Positions 25,890 through 39,288 are shown, numbered from the stretch's first letter. The stretch: 64,000 nt of DNA from Nageia nagi (GCA_050084985.1 JBITNC010000002.1:15748001-15812000); one strand, 5' to 3'. Numbers and translations: made by a program. Notes: generated by a model from the letters alone, not told the origin.

Positions 25890-28680
25890 TATACATTACA
25901 ATCAAATATTATGGCCAATTTGGAACTAGGAGGATGTGTTATAATATTAGGAGTACAATGGATACAAACCTAAGACTCATAGTTTAGGAGTTCACCAAAA
26001 TTTCTATTCAATTCATAGATGAAGGAAGATAATACACCTTAAGGGGCATGGCTCCAAAATATGTTCAAGTAATTAATTTGCCCAAAATGGAAAATATTCT
26101 TAAGAAAATATTAGAAGGGATGATGGTCCAATTTTATTTAATTAAAGTTCAAGATAACCATACCAAGGAAACACTTAGGGAACTAAAGGAGCTATTGCAA
26201 AAAGTATCAAAAGTTTTTAAAGAGCCCTCGAGATTGGCACCTAAAAGAACACATGACCATTTAATACAACTCATTCCAATAAGTGTCCCTATAAACGTAA
26301 GCCTATATAGATACCATATGTATAAAAAGTAAAGATAAAAAATAAGTGTGTGAGTTGTTGCAAATAAATATGATTTTTCCAAGCGTGAAATCATTTTATT
26401 CTTTAGTTTTATAGGTTGGAAAGAAAGGTGGAATTTGGAGGCTATGTGGATACTTTTGAATCCTCCATATTCTCATCATTAAGCATAAATTTCCCATTCC
26501 TATCACAGATACATTACTAGATGAGTTGCATGGAGCTTATATCTTTTTGAAGTTAGACATACGATCAAGATATCACCATATCAAAATTAAGGAAGAAGAT
26601 ATTCTAAAAGCACTTGTACAATATATGAAGTATATTACGAGTTCTTAGTCATTCCATTTGGATTGAAAAATGAACCATCAACATTGCAAAGCCCCATGGA
26701 TACCATCTTTAAACCATTATTACATAAGTTCATTTTGGTCTTCTTTGATGATACTTTGTTCTATAGCAAGATGTGGGAAGAATATTTGCGATAATTAGAA
26801 TTAACATTATAATTGTTAAAAAAGAAAAAAATGTATACCAAGCAATACAATTACTCATTTGCAATCACTAAAGTAGACTATTTATGGTACATGAACAATA
26901 TCAAACGGAGTTATGTTGGATCCAAGGAAAATCAAAGATATGATGAAATGACCAAAGGCTAAAAACTTGAAGAGCCTTTATGGGTTTTTATATGTCTAAT
27001 TATATATTAAAATATAGTTATCTTTAACTATGGGAAAATCACAAACCCATTAATATCAATGATAAGGAAGAATTAATTTGTATGGTATGAGGTTGTAAGA
27101 AAAAAATTAAGATACTAAAGGAGGAAATGACAATAACACTTTTACTTGCTACTAAATTTTTTTCCAAACTATTTATTATAGAAAGTTATGCATTTTGATA
27201 TGGCATTGGGTTTTTTCTTTGTGCAAGAAGGATAACCAACTACATTCATGAGAAAGGGATTCTCAAATAAGAATTCAAGTAAATTCATATATGAAAAAGA
27301 AATGATGGACATCTTACAAGTAATATAACAATGATGACCTAGGGTGTAGGTTCTCTATAAAAAATATCATCACGGTTTAAAATATTTTTTGGAGTAATAA
27401 GTTTCATCATTAGAGCAACAAAAGTCAATATACAAATTGCTAGGGTATGATTTTGAGATTATCTACAAAAAGGAGAAATAAAATATGGTCATTGATGTAC
27501 TCTTTTGTAAATAGAAAAATGATCCCATATTACATGCCATTTTAAGTTCTCATTCATGAAGTAGAAAAAAAAATACAGGACTCAAATTTATAAATCCTCA
27601 TTAAAGATATTCAAATTTCGAATAAGGATAATAAGGATTATGAGTGGGATAAAATCATATTGAAGTAAAAGGGTAGGCTAGTCTTGCTAAAGAATTTATA
27701 ATTTCAACGTACGTTCATCAAATAAATAAACTTATTCCCTATGGTAGGACATTCAAGATTTATAAAGATATATCAAAGGATTTATTTTCTTAAAAGGGAT
27801 GAAGAAGGATATCAGAACCATTGTGGTAAAATGTGAAATTTATCAAATGGTTAAACTAGAGAATGTTAAGTCACCAAGATTGCTACTACCAACTTTACTC
27901 ATTCCTAGTTAGAATTGGATAAACATTTCAATGAAGTTTATAAAGGGACAACCTAAGTTAGCTCGAAAGTTGATACTTTTGGTAGTTATGGATCAATTAT
28001 TAACATATACTCATTTTCATCATTTGGGTCACTCAAATACTATTTTTATGATTGCTCAAATCGTTGTTGCAGACTTATTATTCTACCTTCATGGGATACC
28101 TAAATCTATTATCAATGATTTTGATATCCCTATATTTACAAGTAAATTCTATACCAAAGTATTTAAACTGCAAGGGACTACCTTCAAAATGAGCTCTGCT
28201 CATCACCCATAAATAGATGGATAGATCAAGATAATGAATAAATGTTAAACATATGTATGTTATTATGTCTAATAACATCCAATATAATGCATTAAGTGGT
28301 TAGCTTTAGTAAAATATTGGTATAATATTTTGTATCATTTTGCAACAAGAATCTCTCCACACAAAGTACTTTATGGGCAACTCCCACTATCTCTTATTTC
28401 ATACTTAAGTGAGAGCTATAATATACCACTAGTAGATGATATAATTACCTTATGAGATAAAATACTTCAAACTTTAAAATAGAACTTGATAATAACATAA
28501 AATAAAAAAAATATAAAGTAGAAAAAAATAGATTTGAATGCACATTCAAAGTGTAAGATATGATGCTACTTAAACTAAAATCATATATATGTAAACATTA
28601 GTGAAGCTTTAAAAAAAATAAAATATGATAACAAAACTTTATGAACCCTACAAGATTCTTCAACAAATTGGAGCAATCAT
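25890..28680 (+). mobile_element. Ty3/gypsy (chromovirus-type) pol remnant: PR-RT-RH-INT
   Basis: [54 protein letters not shown]; heavily mutated. Confidence 0.85.
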
Positions 28681-29099
28681 AAATCATCGCAATTAGCATC
28701 CAAGATCACAGTCCACAGTTCTAATGGCGAGCAATGAGGAAACATAGCATTCGAAAGAAAACACTTAAAAGTTGTCAAGCTCACAGATCAAAGTACAAAT
28801 CCAAAACCAGACAACGAAAAACCAATGGGCATTGGAGTGGCCATGCCGTCGGGAATTCAAAGCCTGAAGTTTGTCAGAAGCATAAAAAAAGCGCTTTTCT
28901 GATGATAAAAGCGACGCTAAATGTTCCTTATCGGGGCCACGCGCCATTGCATTTTCCAAAGCTCGAAACGTTGATACTTAATTTTTTTAATGTCGTTATT
29001 TAATAATTTTTTTAAAGGGCCGCTATATTAAAAATGCTTCTTATATTCAAAAAAATAGTTGTGGGATAATACATCAAGGACATGAAAGCTTGGATATCA

Positions 29100-29720
29100 A
29101 TATTAGCAACTCTTCTCTTCTAGTCTTAGAAGTGGTTTTAATATTTTTAAGCAGGATAGAGCTGAAAACATGTAATTGTTTAACAATATTTGATGAAAAA
29201 TTTTGTTCACTGATTGAGAAACAGGGGTGGAGGTATCACTGAAAACTATCAAACATCTATCTTTCCAAATGGTAAATAGAGTCACTAACATCTCCCAAAA
29301 ATGGCATATTCTACCATATGTGACCTCTCGAAAATGGGGCAATAATCTGTTCTAGACCTCTTCATTCTGATTTGATTGCATAACAATCTCATAAAATGTG
29401 CATAAGAGTTTCTTCCTTATCACAGACCACACAATTGTTAGTGGATATGTTCATTTTAAAAGTCTGAACTTGCAAGGTAGACATTGAAAGATAAGTGATC
29501 AAGCAAATACTTTTAAGTTGAGCCCAAATATTGAGATGCCAAATTTTGGTCAACTTATTTTTCTATTTTTTATAGGTGCAGTTAACAATCCATCTCGAAC
29601 CAATTCTAAGGTAGTGTGAACCATAAATGCTTTGTAAATCTTCGTGGGCTTGAATATCATCAACAATGATCCAAACCTCCAATACCAGTCTTTCCACATC
29701 GAACTTTGAAGTCCCTTATA
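29100..29720 (-). mobile_element. L1 ORF2 3' fragment (zf-RVT region)
   Basis: WKDWYWRFG (compare WTDWHWH in the L1 at 22550), CDKEETLMHIL*DC, LFTIWKDRCLIVFS. Confidence 0.65.
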
Positions 29721-29849
29721 ATTTTAAAAAATATTTAGGAAATTACATTTTAGCTGTTGCTCTCCGAGGCTGCCATTGTAAGACGCGGAATATATGTAAT
29801 TTGTACGTGGCAATATAATTTCGTTCAAAAGTATTATCGACCGTTCCTG

Positions 29850-30300
29850 TGGCTGGCGCATTAAATCTACAGCTCAGTCAATTCAAGATGGGAAAAGAAG
29901 ATGCTCCTCCGCCAGAAGAACTCTTCAAACCATAGAATTTTCGTTGTGTTCAGATAGAGAAAGCATTTCTACGTAAATATTTGCAGCACCTTTCAACTTC
30001 TTGAAATTTCCATGAAAGAGATCGGTCAGTATCTCTTCCTTGGCCGATATTTTACACGATACGACTATTCTTTGGCTGGAGCATGAATGGAACCATTCCA
30101 TGATATCTACAGCCCAGTCAAGTCAAATTGGGAAAGCAAGGTGCTCATCCACCACAGGAAATCTTCAAACCATGGAATTTTCGCAGAATTCAGATAGAGA
30201 AAGCATTTCCAAGTCAACACCATTATTAAACTTCTTGAAATTTCCATGAAATAGAGATTTCGGATCTATCATTTATCTTCCCCGGCCTACATTTCACAGT
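29850..30300 (+). repeat. ~240-bp tandem duplication of RLP-promoter-like DNA
   Basis: ATCTACAGC(T/C)CAGTCAA...CTTCAAACCAT.GAATTTTCG...TTCAGATAGAGAAAGCATTTC...AACTTCTTGAAATTTCCATGAAA at 29865 and 30105; the start resembles 36572 CACAGCCAGTCAAATCAAATTG. Confidence 0.85.
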
Positions 30301-30310
30301 ACATTATGTA

Positions 30311-30435
30311 TTTGGGTGTTCATTTTCTTATACCGCGTGGAAAACACCTCTCTGGAGCTTGAACCTTTCAACTCCTTGGGAACGGTAAATTTGTCCAACA
30401 ACAACTTTTCAGGAAGAAGTATACCGGGAGGATGA
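30311..30435 (+). pseudogene. Collapsed LRR-RLP paralog: proximal promoter fused to the last LRR
   Basis: 30311-30346 matches 36644-36679 at 32/36 nt; next comes LELEPFNSLGTVNLSNNNFSGRSIPGG*, matching WELDSLSYLGTLNLSNNNLSGGIPQG at ~38911-38990. Confidence 0.85.
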
Positions 30436-31224
30436 AAGCACCATTTCATTAATACCATTAGTCAATTGTTAACTAATTTTTTTGTTTCATATGTATATAG
30501 AAGATTTTTTTTTGATGGAATCATCTTTATGGGTCAATTTTTTGGAATTAGATTTCGTGTTTGAAGGGTTCTCTTCTGTCACCAACATGGTCACCCATCG
30601 ATTGGACTTAACATATCCACATGATGTGGGCAAAAGGAAATTGTCTTGTGAGTTGTAATAAGACAAAAAAGTAATGGCTATTCTACATTCTTGGATGGTG
30701 TTTTTTGAGGTATTGGGCTATTTTACACTATAGGATCTACTTTTATCTTATTACAATACCCCAAACGTTTATCCTCAGCACATGATGTGAGGGGGGAGAG
30801 TTTTGAACTTGAGACCTCCCTTCTTCAACTTGAGAGTTTTAGTATATAGAAGATTTTAGATTTATAAGTAGAAATGTGTTATTCTTTCAAATTTGATATT
30901 ATAAATATTTTATCATATTTTAAGGATAAAGGAGGTTTTAGTTTAAGCCATCACATGTATTTAAGATAAATGATGTGGGAAAAAGATTAGATTATAATTA
31001 GTTATTTTATGATTAAGAGTTAAATATTATTTAAAGTTAATTATCATATAATGCTTATATAAAATTTTAAGAGTTTATAAGAAATTTAATTACAAAGTCA
31101 TTTGTTTCACCCATAAAAAAATAATAAATGTAAACTTAGTTTGCATGGAGGTACTTTATCCTTTTTTACATTTTACCTTCCTTCATGAGATTAATACATT
31201 TGAGAAGGTTGGAACCTATATATA

Positions 31225-31452
31225 ATTGTAACAATCTCACATTTGGCAAACTTATATCGCATATGAGAAAGTGATGCTCTAACATAATGAAATAAGTCAA
31301 CAATTTTTTAGGATGAGAACACTTAATAACACCATGAATCATAACTTTATTATAATAGTTAGATAAACTCAACCTTATGATGGACATACAAATAATTTTT
31401 CATGAGTCCCATTCATTACTAAGCTCTTACCTCATAATACAAGAGCAATACC
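31225..31452. repeat. Dispersed repeat, second copy at ~39903-40122 (possibly a DNA-transposon relic)
   Basis: Shared TAACAATCTCACA...GAAAGTGATG...ACACTTAATAACACCATGAATC...CTCAA.CTTATGATGG.CATA...CAAGAGCAATACC. Confidence 0.75.
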
Positions 31453-32639
31453 TATTTAATCTAACATTAATGAGCTTTGCGTTGTTTGAACTCTAATAGT
31501 AATTTGATTCATGACATCTTTAATCTCAATTGTCCATACTAGACGAGAGTTTCATACCAACTTAGATATATATGGTATCAATATTATTATGCTTTAAGTA
31601 GTATAACAACAAAACATGTATGCAGCTCCATTCTTGATATCATCATAACATTACCTCATAATAGCATAAGTAATATAATCTTCTAATTGATAATAGAAAA
31701 CTATGCATACTTACAAAATGTGTACAAAATCCAAATTAATAGAAGAACAAAATTTCATAATGAAGAGATCCAAGAGCTATTGCCACTTTGAAGGGGTACT
31801 GTATCAATTGAGATATGAATTTATAATGATGTTCATGAGTAGAAGGAAATAATCTTGTTTATAGGAAAACATATCTAATGCACTACTCCTATGGTTCATT
31901 ATTGACTTTTCATATAATAATTACAATAGCAAAAAAAATTAAAATAGATGTGTAGTTATGTGAGATCACAACATACCGCATCCCATCAAAAGTATTTATA
32001 CTAGAAGCTTGCAACTACGAATGCCCTTCATTCTCTTCAAATAAGTCCTTCTAGTTTATAAGTAATTCTTTAGCTTTTAATTTCCTTAACTTCCTGAAGT
32101 GCTTGTCCAAAGTAGATTCTAATATTGGTATAATCTTCTCCTCTTTATCATGCTTTAAAATATTTATTCTTAATGATGCTAGTTTATATGGTTGAATTTA
32201 AAGGAACATCATATCATCTTCCTTAAATATTATTTTTATTTTATTTTGGCCCCTTATTATTTCATACCACTTTGAGCTTAGCGAAAGTTAATCTTAAGGA
32301 GGGAGATGAACTCTTGTACATGTTACAACACTTCATCCACTTTATTAATTTAAATGTAAATAATGTAAATTATTTGATTAAATCCTACATTTTTCTTTTT
32401 AAATTTCATATTTTCTTTTACAAATAGTTGAACAATCTTGATAGTCTTTTTTCTTTAAAGTAAGCTATCAAAATTATAAAGCCATACTCAAGGAAGCTAG
32501 GAAAATAAGTTGGGCTATTTGGTGTTTGTGTGCATTTTAGAGTCTATAAATAAATAACCTTAAAGTGACCTAGTTGACCCCCTTTATGTAGGTGAAATGA
32601 AATGTAACAAATAGTATTTAATTAACAAATTACAATTCT

Positions 32640-35600
32640 ATCAAGCAAGGCAAAATGGATGCTTGCCCTAATAAATATGTATCCCTACTATGGAAATACC
32701 AAAGGATATTTTAGCTGATGATATTATGTACATATGCAAACATGCTCTTATATGTAAATTCATCAATATTGGGTCCTCTAATAGGTTTATAAATAACTAG
32801 GCTCAAAAGCGTTGAGACCCAAAAGGAGAATTTAAAATAATTCTTATTCCTAATAACTATTTTGTGTCTAAATTTATTTTAATAGGAGACAAAGACAAGA
32901 CTCTTAGAGAAGGCCCATGCAACATTGGATAAGCAAGACTTTTCATGGAACCTTGGAAACTAGCTTTTGATCCTCATGTTGAACTATCAATGACAACAAT
33001 ATGGAACAAATTATATGCTTTAACCTTAGAATTACGGAAGGATAATATCCTCAAGGTGATAGGGAGTATTCTAAAGAACTATATCAGATGCTCTAGGGAA
33101 ACTTTAGAAGGGATTTTAGTAGCTTTTATTATAATTTATGTGGAAATGAACTTAAGAAACTTACTATTGTATAAATTTAGATTAGGGCGAGAGGGATGTG
33201 CTAAAGGCAATAAGCGTATTACAGATCAATTCCTTTCAAATGAAAACAATGCCATGAATACAACCACATAATTAAATAATTCCCAAAAGTGATAATTATA
33301 AATGAAGAATATAACCATCCAAACATAGTGACCTTAAGCCAGCGAACCCAAATGAAAGAATAGAAAGGTTTCCAAAAAATCATTGAGAGAAATGTATGAA
33401 TACAAAAATACAAGATAAAAGAATAAATCAATTAAAAGCTAAAAAATCAAATAATAGATCAAATGGAAGATTCATTTCAAACAAATATGAGTTCCTTAAG
33501 CTTAAAGATTCAATGTATAGAAAGTAAATGCCAATTACTTCCTTGATCCCTAGTTTAGATATGATAACTTTGATTCTAATGTATTCCCCTAAATATCATC
33601 TCCCCTATCCAACCCATCAAATCCTAATTGTATTATCCCAAATATTCCTATCCAAGTCCAAAACCCCTTACCTAGATCCTCCCTACAACCCATCATTTCG
33701 ACCCCTAACCTTGTAAAGCCCCCCATTCCATCTCCCATAGTAATGGTCAAACCCTAACCTTGGATATAATGAGCCAAAATTAGGATCAACCCCAACCCTA
33801 AGATGTGATAATGGGCCTTGCTGAGAAGAATAAAGAAAAATCAACTCTTAGGATTAATCAAATTGAGAATAGATAAAGAAGTGGAGCCTTGCAAGTTGGA
33901 GTGGGAAGGAAATCAAATGAAGAAAAGATCCAACAACAAGAAAAATAATTGAGAAAAATAAGATTGGTAACTTGTCAATATATACTTTCTATAATGTTGA
34001 TCCCTTATGATATTACAAATGTGAAATATGAGTGGACTTAACAAATGACCTAGAGAAATAGAATTTAAGATATTGCTAACAAAAATAAAGCTAAATATAA
34101 TATTCTTATGGGATATTGAAACTTCCGTTGAATTAATACAAATAAAATCAATTAAGAACTAGAAACAACATAAGTATTGAACTCAACCCTCCTATGGTTT
34201 TATAATACAATCTTTATATTTATGGTAATGATTTAATTTTTAAGAAATCAACTTGATGATTGAAAAAGGAGTACAAATATCAAAACTTTGGAATATCTAT
34301 ATAGGATAAATATGGATGATTATTAAATTTTATAGAATGAAGGATACTAGAGAATAAAAACTCCAATAGAAAGAAGTTTAGGCCATTAGAGATGCCTACC
34401 CAATGGACCTTTATTTAGTGGATAGATACATGAATGCAAAAATATTAAAAAATAACTATGAAGAGGATAGAGTATATGCTTGAATGAAAAATATAGAATC
34501 CTTACAACCAAATCCAACTAAATCAAACTTTATTGACATGGCCCCCATATTGTAATAGTACTTGGATAAACAAAAGGAAAAGAGGGGATACAACAAAGTG
34601 TAGGTTGTATAAATTACCAATAGGAGAGGAAGTTTTTTAGTGTTAGAACTATCAATTAGATATCCTTAACCTTTTGGTAGTTGAACACTTTCTAGTTAGA
34701 TTATCCATTGATAATAAAAAATATTCCCTCGATAAGGCCTTTGAATTTGAAAACTTTTGGCTTCAAAATGAAGACTTCATAACCTCAATTCAATAATGAT
34801 GGTAACAAGGGATTCATGAGAGCTTAGTGGAAATCAAAATAAACTCATTTTTAAAACCAAAGACCAAATATTATAACAAAAATGCAAGAAATGGAAACCA
34901 AGATCAAGGATGACATATAATTTTTGAATTACTTAATCAGAAGAAATATATAATAAAGAAAGTGGAGGATATAGATAAAAAATAATCATGTTAAAAGTAA
35001 AGAGAAAGAATACCATAATTACGAGAGGGAGGTCAAAATATAAAATTTTTACACTTTTCTAAGATTGCTTGCAATATCCATAACCAAATAGATGCCCTTT
35101 TTGATGACTAAGGATCTAGATAGATCACCATTCCAAGTATGTAAAAGGTTGCAGACCATTATTTTAGCACTACATTTTTTGGAGATTCAAACTTTTTTTT
35201 GACCTATCAACAAGAAATGTGGCAAAACATTTTAACCCTAGTTTCTTAAACTCAAAATGAAGATTAGCTTAAGGAGATAATCATAAAGGAAGTCAAAATA
35301 ATGATTTTCACTATGTAAATAGAAAAATATTTAAGTCTAAATGGTTTACTAATCAAGTTCTTTAAGGCCTTTTGGGATATTATAACAATGTATGTTACAA
35401 AAGAAATTAAAGAAATCATGCTTATTATTAGGATCCTTAAATTTTTTAACTATACCCACCTAGATTTGTTTCTAAAAGGGGATAAAATTGATGATATTAT
35501 AAATTTACACCCCATTTGTCTTTACAACATTTTCTATAAAATTCTAACTAAATTGATAATTGAAAGACTAAAAAAAATCCTTCCAACTACCATGTCTCTA

Positions 35601-36200
35601 TAATAAGATAACTTTGTACAAGTAAGATAAGTCGTAGATAAGATCATCTTAGCTTGGGAATCGTTTTACAATCCCATTAAGAAAATGAATAAAGAAATGT
35701 TCCTAAAATTAAATCTCTCTAAAGTTTAGGACTTAATGGTAAAAATCTTTCAAAATTTTGATTTTAGAAGAGAATAGATTTCATGGGTTCTAAAACATGT
35801 ATTTCATTAGCTTCTTTCTCCATCCTCATTAGTAGAATCTATCTCAACCCTTCCAAACCTCCATGGGAATCCAACAAGAAAATATTATATCACCTTACAT
35901 GTTCATTCTCTATGAAAATGGTTTAGGAACATACATCGATCAACTAAAATTAGATAATATAATCATAGATATTAGTATTAACCCAAGTTTATACTTCAAT
36001 CACCTTCAATTTATTGATGATAATAGAATATGGGGGGATGCTTAAATGAGGGAAGAAACCAACATTCAAAATCTTCTTGATTGCTACATAAAATCCATGA
36101 GGTAACCCATTAACAACCATAAGTTCAATGTAACCTTATTCAATGTAAAAAAGATATCCAAATAAAGCAACACTCAAATTCTAAATAAAGAATCACTCAA
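32640..36200 (+). mobile_element. Old L1 LINE remnant
   Basis: ORF1 EGP...FMEPWKLAFDP...IYVEMNL; ORF2 start ATGA at 34007; RT HPICLYNIFYKILTKLIIERLKKILP, GIQQENIISPYMF, HLQFIDD. Confidence 0.8.
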
Positions 36201-36571
36201 ATTGTAAGATTTTAATAAGCTTTTCCCCCTATAATACATTGTAATTATCCTCATAAAAAAAATCTTAAAAGATAAATGATAAGCTTTTCTCCAAGATTAA
36301 CCACTAGATATAGATGGTTAATTTTAAGAGATAAGTATCAATGAGGAAAAATTAAAAAGAAAAAAAAACTTTAAAAAACAATCAAAGTAAAATATATTTA
36401 TATTTATTTATCAAGTATAATAATATAATGTTTATTTATTTTAACATTCATTATTATAAAACTATTACATTTATACATTCATTCGCTTTAAATTTCCACA
36501 CAGAAGTTAAAAGAAGATAATGATCTGCACCTTCCTTACGATTCCGTCGAATTTAATTGAGAAGTATCATC

Positions 36572-36723
36572 CACAGCCAGTCAAATCAAATTGAAAAAAG
36601 AAATTTGCACACCTTTAGACTACTCAAATGTCCATGAAATTGGTTTGGGTGTCCATTTCCTCACACCGCGTGGAAAACATTGCACTTGATATTAACGTGT
36701 CCACCGCCACTTCTCCTATAAAT
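36572..36723 (+). promoter_or_regulatory. RLP proximal promoter: W-box (AGTCAA), CGCG box (CCGCGT 36666), ACGTGTC, TATAAAT 36717
   Basis: Motifs read directly; TATA box lies ~75 nt upstream of the signal-peptide ATG. Confidence 0.6.
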
Positions 36724-36795
36724 TCTGCCTTTTCACTACCACTACTCGTATCTTCATCTTCCTCAACATCAATAACCCTCCCATTCCTAATCACA

Positions 36796-39288
36796 ATGGC
36801 TACAACTTCAAATGCTGTCGTCAAAATTATGGCAGTATTGTCCATCATTCTTTTCATGAACCCAAATCCATCTCTCTGCCTGCTCATGAGATGCCATCCT
36901 CACGAATCTCAAGCCCTTCTCCGCCTCAAAGCTGCTGTCAATGATTTCCACCACGAGACTGTGAGATCGTGGGTAAATGGAACAGACTGTTGCAGCTGGA
37001 ATGGTGTACTCTGCGACAACCACACCAACCGTGTGGTTGAGGTTTATATTCATGAAAACTTCACATGGGCGTCTAGTTTGAATCACGAGATCATGCAGGG
37101 AGGTGTCATACCTGATAGCTTGTGCCACCTTAGTTTTCTTACCGTCTTGGACTTGAAAGGAAATGGATTATCAGGTTCAATACCCTCTTGCTTAGGAAAT
37201 CTCTCAAAACTTCAATATTTGGATTTGGTTGGAAATGCGTTGAGTGGGATAATCCCCCCTGCCATTTGCTTTCTTGCCAATCTTACTCTTCTTCGGCTTT
37301 CTTTAAACCAACTGAATGGCATCATACCGTCCTGCCTAGGTAATCTTTCTCATTTGGAAAACCTTGCCCTTTCTAGTAATTATTTTAGTGGAACCATGCC
37401 ATCTTCATTAGGGAGTCTATCTTCTCTTCGGTACCTTTTTCTTTCGTACAATGAACTGAGCGGTAAGGTTCCAGACACTTTAGGAAATCTTTCTCTACTC
37501 TCCCATTTAAGTGTTTCCTCAAACCAACTTAGTGGAAGACTTCCCTTTTCATTTGCTCAACTCTACTCTCTCACTCGCCTGTATGCTCACCATAATGCCT
37601 TTAATGAATCTATTTCTTCCTCAGCATTGCCATCCTCTTTAGAAGCTCTGACACTCTCCTTCAACCACAATCAGACAATCTCAGAAACTTTCCTCCATAA
37701 CAGCACCAAATTGAAGACATTGTATCTATCCAATTGTGTGCTAAACATGAGCACAACGTGGATACCCTCCTTTCAGTTAGAAAACTTATATTTGGTGTCA
37801 TGTAATATTGATGATCGAATTCCCTTTTGGATTTCATCTCAGCTCTTACTTGAGGATTTGACATTAGCTTCCAGCAATCTTGTTGGAGAAATTCCTACCT
37901 GGCTGGGGGACAATAGCAGCCTCTTAACTCACTTAAATCTCACAGCCAATCATTTGGAAGGTAGCCTTTCCGCAGATAGTTCAATGTGGATGCACATCAT
38001 CTCTTTGGACTTGTCTAGTAACGCATTCAGTGGGCATTTGCCATCATTGTGGTCGTATGATTTAAGAGTATTGTTGCTCAATGATAATCTGTTTACAGGC
38101 ATTATTCCTCCAAGTCTGGACCGTTTGTCTCAACTTACGGTATTAGATCTTGCAAACAACAATTTAAGTGGAATGATCCCTCCAAGTTTGGCGGATTGCT
38201 CAGGGTTAGAAATATTAAATTTGGGAAACAATGGTTTGAAGGGAAGGATACCCCAAGAGTTTGGCAAACTAAGCAAACTCCACTCATTAGTGGTTCGTCA
38301 TAATAATTTGAAGGGGTCATTCCCTCAGTTTCTAATCAATTGTACAAATTTACAAGTTTTAGATATTGGGGATAATTCATTCAATGGTCACATTCCGAAG
38401 TCAATTGCGAATCTTTCATTATTGAGAGTCCTAATGATGCAGGGGAATGGTTTTGTAGGCAATATTCCGGTAGAAATTGGACAACTGATGAAGCTCCAGA
38501 TCTTGCAACTTTCTTCCAACAATATATCAGGTTCTATTCCGCACACCATTATATGTTTGCAAGCAATGGCTATAGCAAAAGAAGATGGTTTTGCGCTGTC
38601 CCATACACCTTTATCATCAGAAATCTCTTATAGTCGGTTTTATACTAAACTATATTATGATGATCTGTATATAACTACTAAAGGCAGAGATTTGCATTAC
38701 CCATATATACTTTCCAGTTTAAGACTGATAGATCTCTCCAACAATAAATTGAATGGAACAGTTCCTTCAGATTTTGGAAAACTAAAAGGGTTAAGGTCTC
38801 TAAATCTCTCAAGGAACAATCTGCATGGGATTATTCCCAGTAGTTTGGGAGATTTGCATCAGCTAGATTCATTAGACCTTTCTATGAACAGGTTTTCTGG
38901 AAATATTCCTTGGGAGCTTGATTCTCTCAGCTACTTGGGCACGTTAAATTTGTCCAATAACAACCTTTCAGGAGGGATACCCCAAGGAAGAAAGCTGCAA
39001 ATATTTCCGAACTCATCATACTTGGGGAATCAAAACTTATGGGGATGTCCTCTTCCAAAGAATTGTTCCTGGCCAGAATTTACTTCTCAGCGTCCTCCTC
39101 CATATTACAAGGGAAAGAAAACCACCAAAATTCCATGGTATGAGATTGCCTTAGGATTGTTATGTGGAGCAAGCTTTGGGGGCACATTGTCATTGATATT
39201 TGCAACAAGGTGGAGGAGGAAGTACTTTCAAAATGTTGATGCCATTTTAAAGCATTTGTTTCCTCGGCTCCGTGATCGGATAGTGTAA
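36796..39288 (+). CDS. LRR receptor-like protein with island domain (830 aa, intronless)
   Basis: Signal peptide; LRRNT (CHPHESQALL, DCCSWNGVLC); >20 LxxLxLxxNxLxGxIP repeats; island with Yx8KG and Kx5Y; four terminal LRRs; TM with GxxxGxxxG; short tail; no kinase. Confidence 0.95.
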   Translation: MATTSNAVVKIMAVLSIILFMNPNPSLCLLMRCHPHESQALLRLKAAVNDFHHETVRSWVNGTDCCSWNGVLCDNHTNRVVEVYIHENFTWASSLNHEIMQGGVIPDSLCHLSFLTVLDLKGNGLSGSIPSCLGNLSKLQYLDLVGNALSGIIPPAICFLANLTLLRLSLNQLNGIIPSCLGNLSHLENLALSSNYFSGTMPSSLGSLSSLRYLFLSYNELSGKVPDTLGNLSLLSHLSVSSNQLSGRLPFSFAQLYSLTRLYAHHNAFNESISSSALPSSLEALTLSFNHNQTISETFLHNSTKLKTLYLSNCVLNMSTTWIPSFQLENLYLVSCNIDDRIPFWISSQLLLEDLTLASSNLVGEIPTWLGDNSSLLTHLNLTANHLEGSLSADSSMWMHIISLDLSSNAFSGHLPSLWSYDLRVLLLNDNLFTGIIPPSLDRLSQLTVLDLANNNLSGMIPPSLADCSGLEILNLGNNGLKGRIPQEFGKLSKLHSLVVRHNNLKGSFPQFLINCTNLQVLDIGDNSFNGHIPKSIANLSLLRVLMMQGNGFVGNIPVEIGQLMKLQILQLSSNNISGSIPHTIICLQAMAIAKEDGFALSHTPLSSEISYSRFYTKLYYDDLYITTKGRDLHYPYILSSLRLIDLSNNKLNGTVPSDFGKLKGLRSLNLSRNNLHGIIPSSLGDLHQLDSLDLSMNRFSGNIPWELDSLSYLGTLNLSNNNLSGGIPQGRKLQIFPNSSYLGNQNLWGCPLPKNCSWPEFTSQRPPPYYKGKKTTKIPWYEIALGLLCGASFGGTLSLIFATRWRRKYFQNVDAILKHLFPRLRDRIV

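Noticed and set aside
28765-28959. HLASLLSSEKR resembling a nucleoredoxin N-terminus
   Set aside because: Too short, with no GT donor or WCxPC exon visible.
36628-36795. 56-aa N-terminal extension of the RLP ORF
   Set aside because: It contains the TATA box and promoter motifs shared with the relic; the signal peptide starts at 36796.
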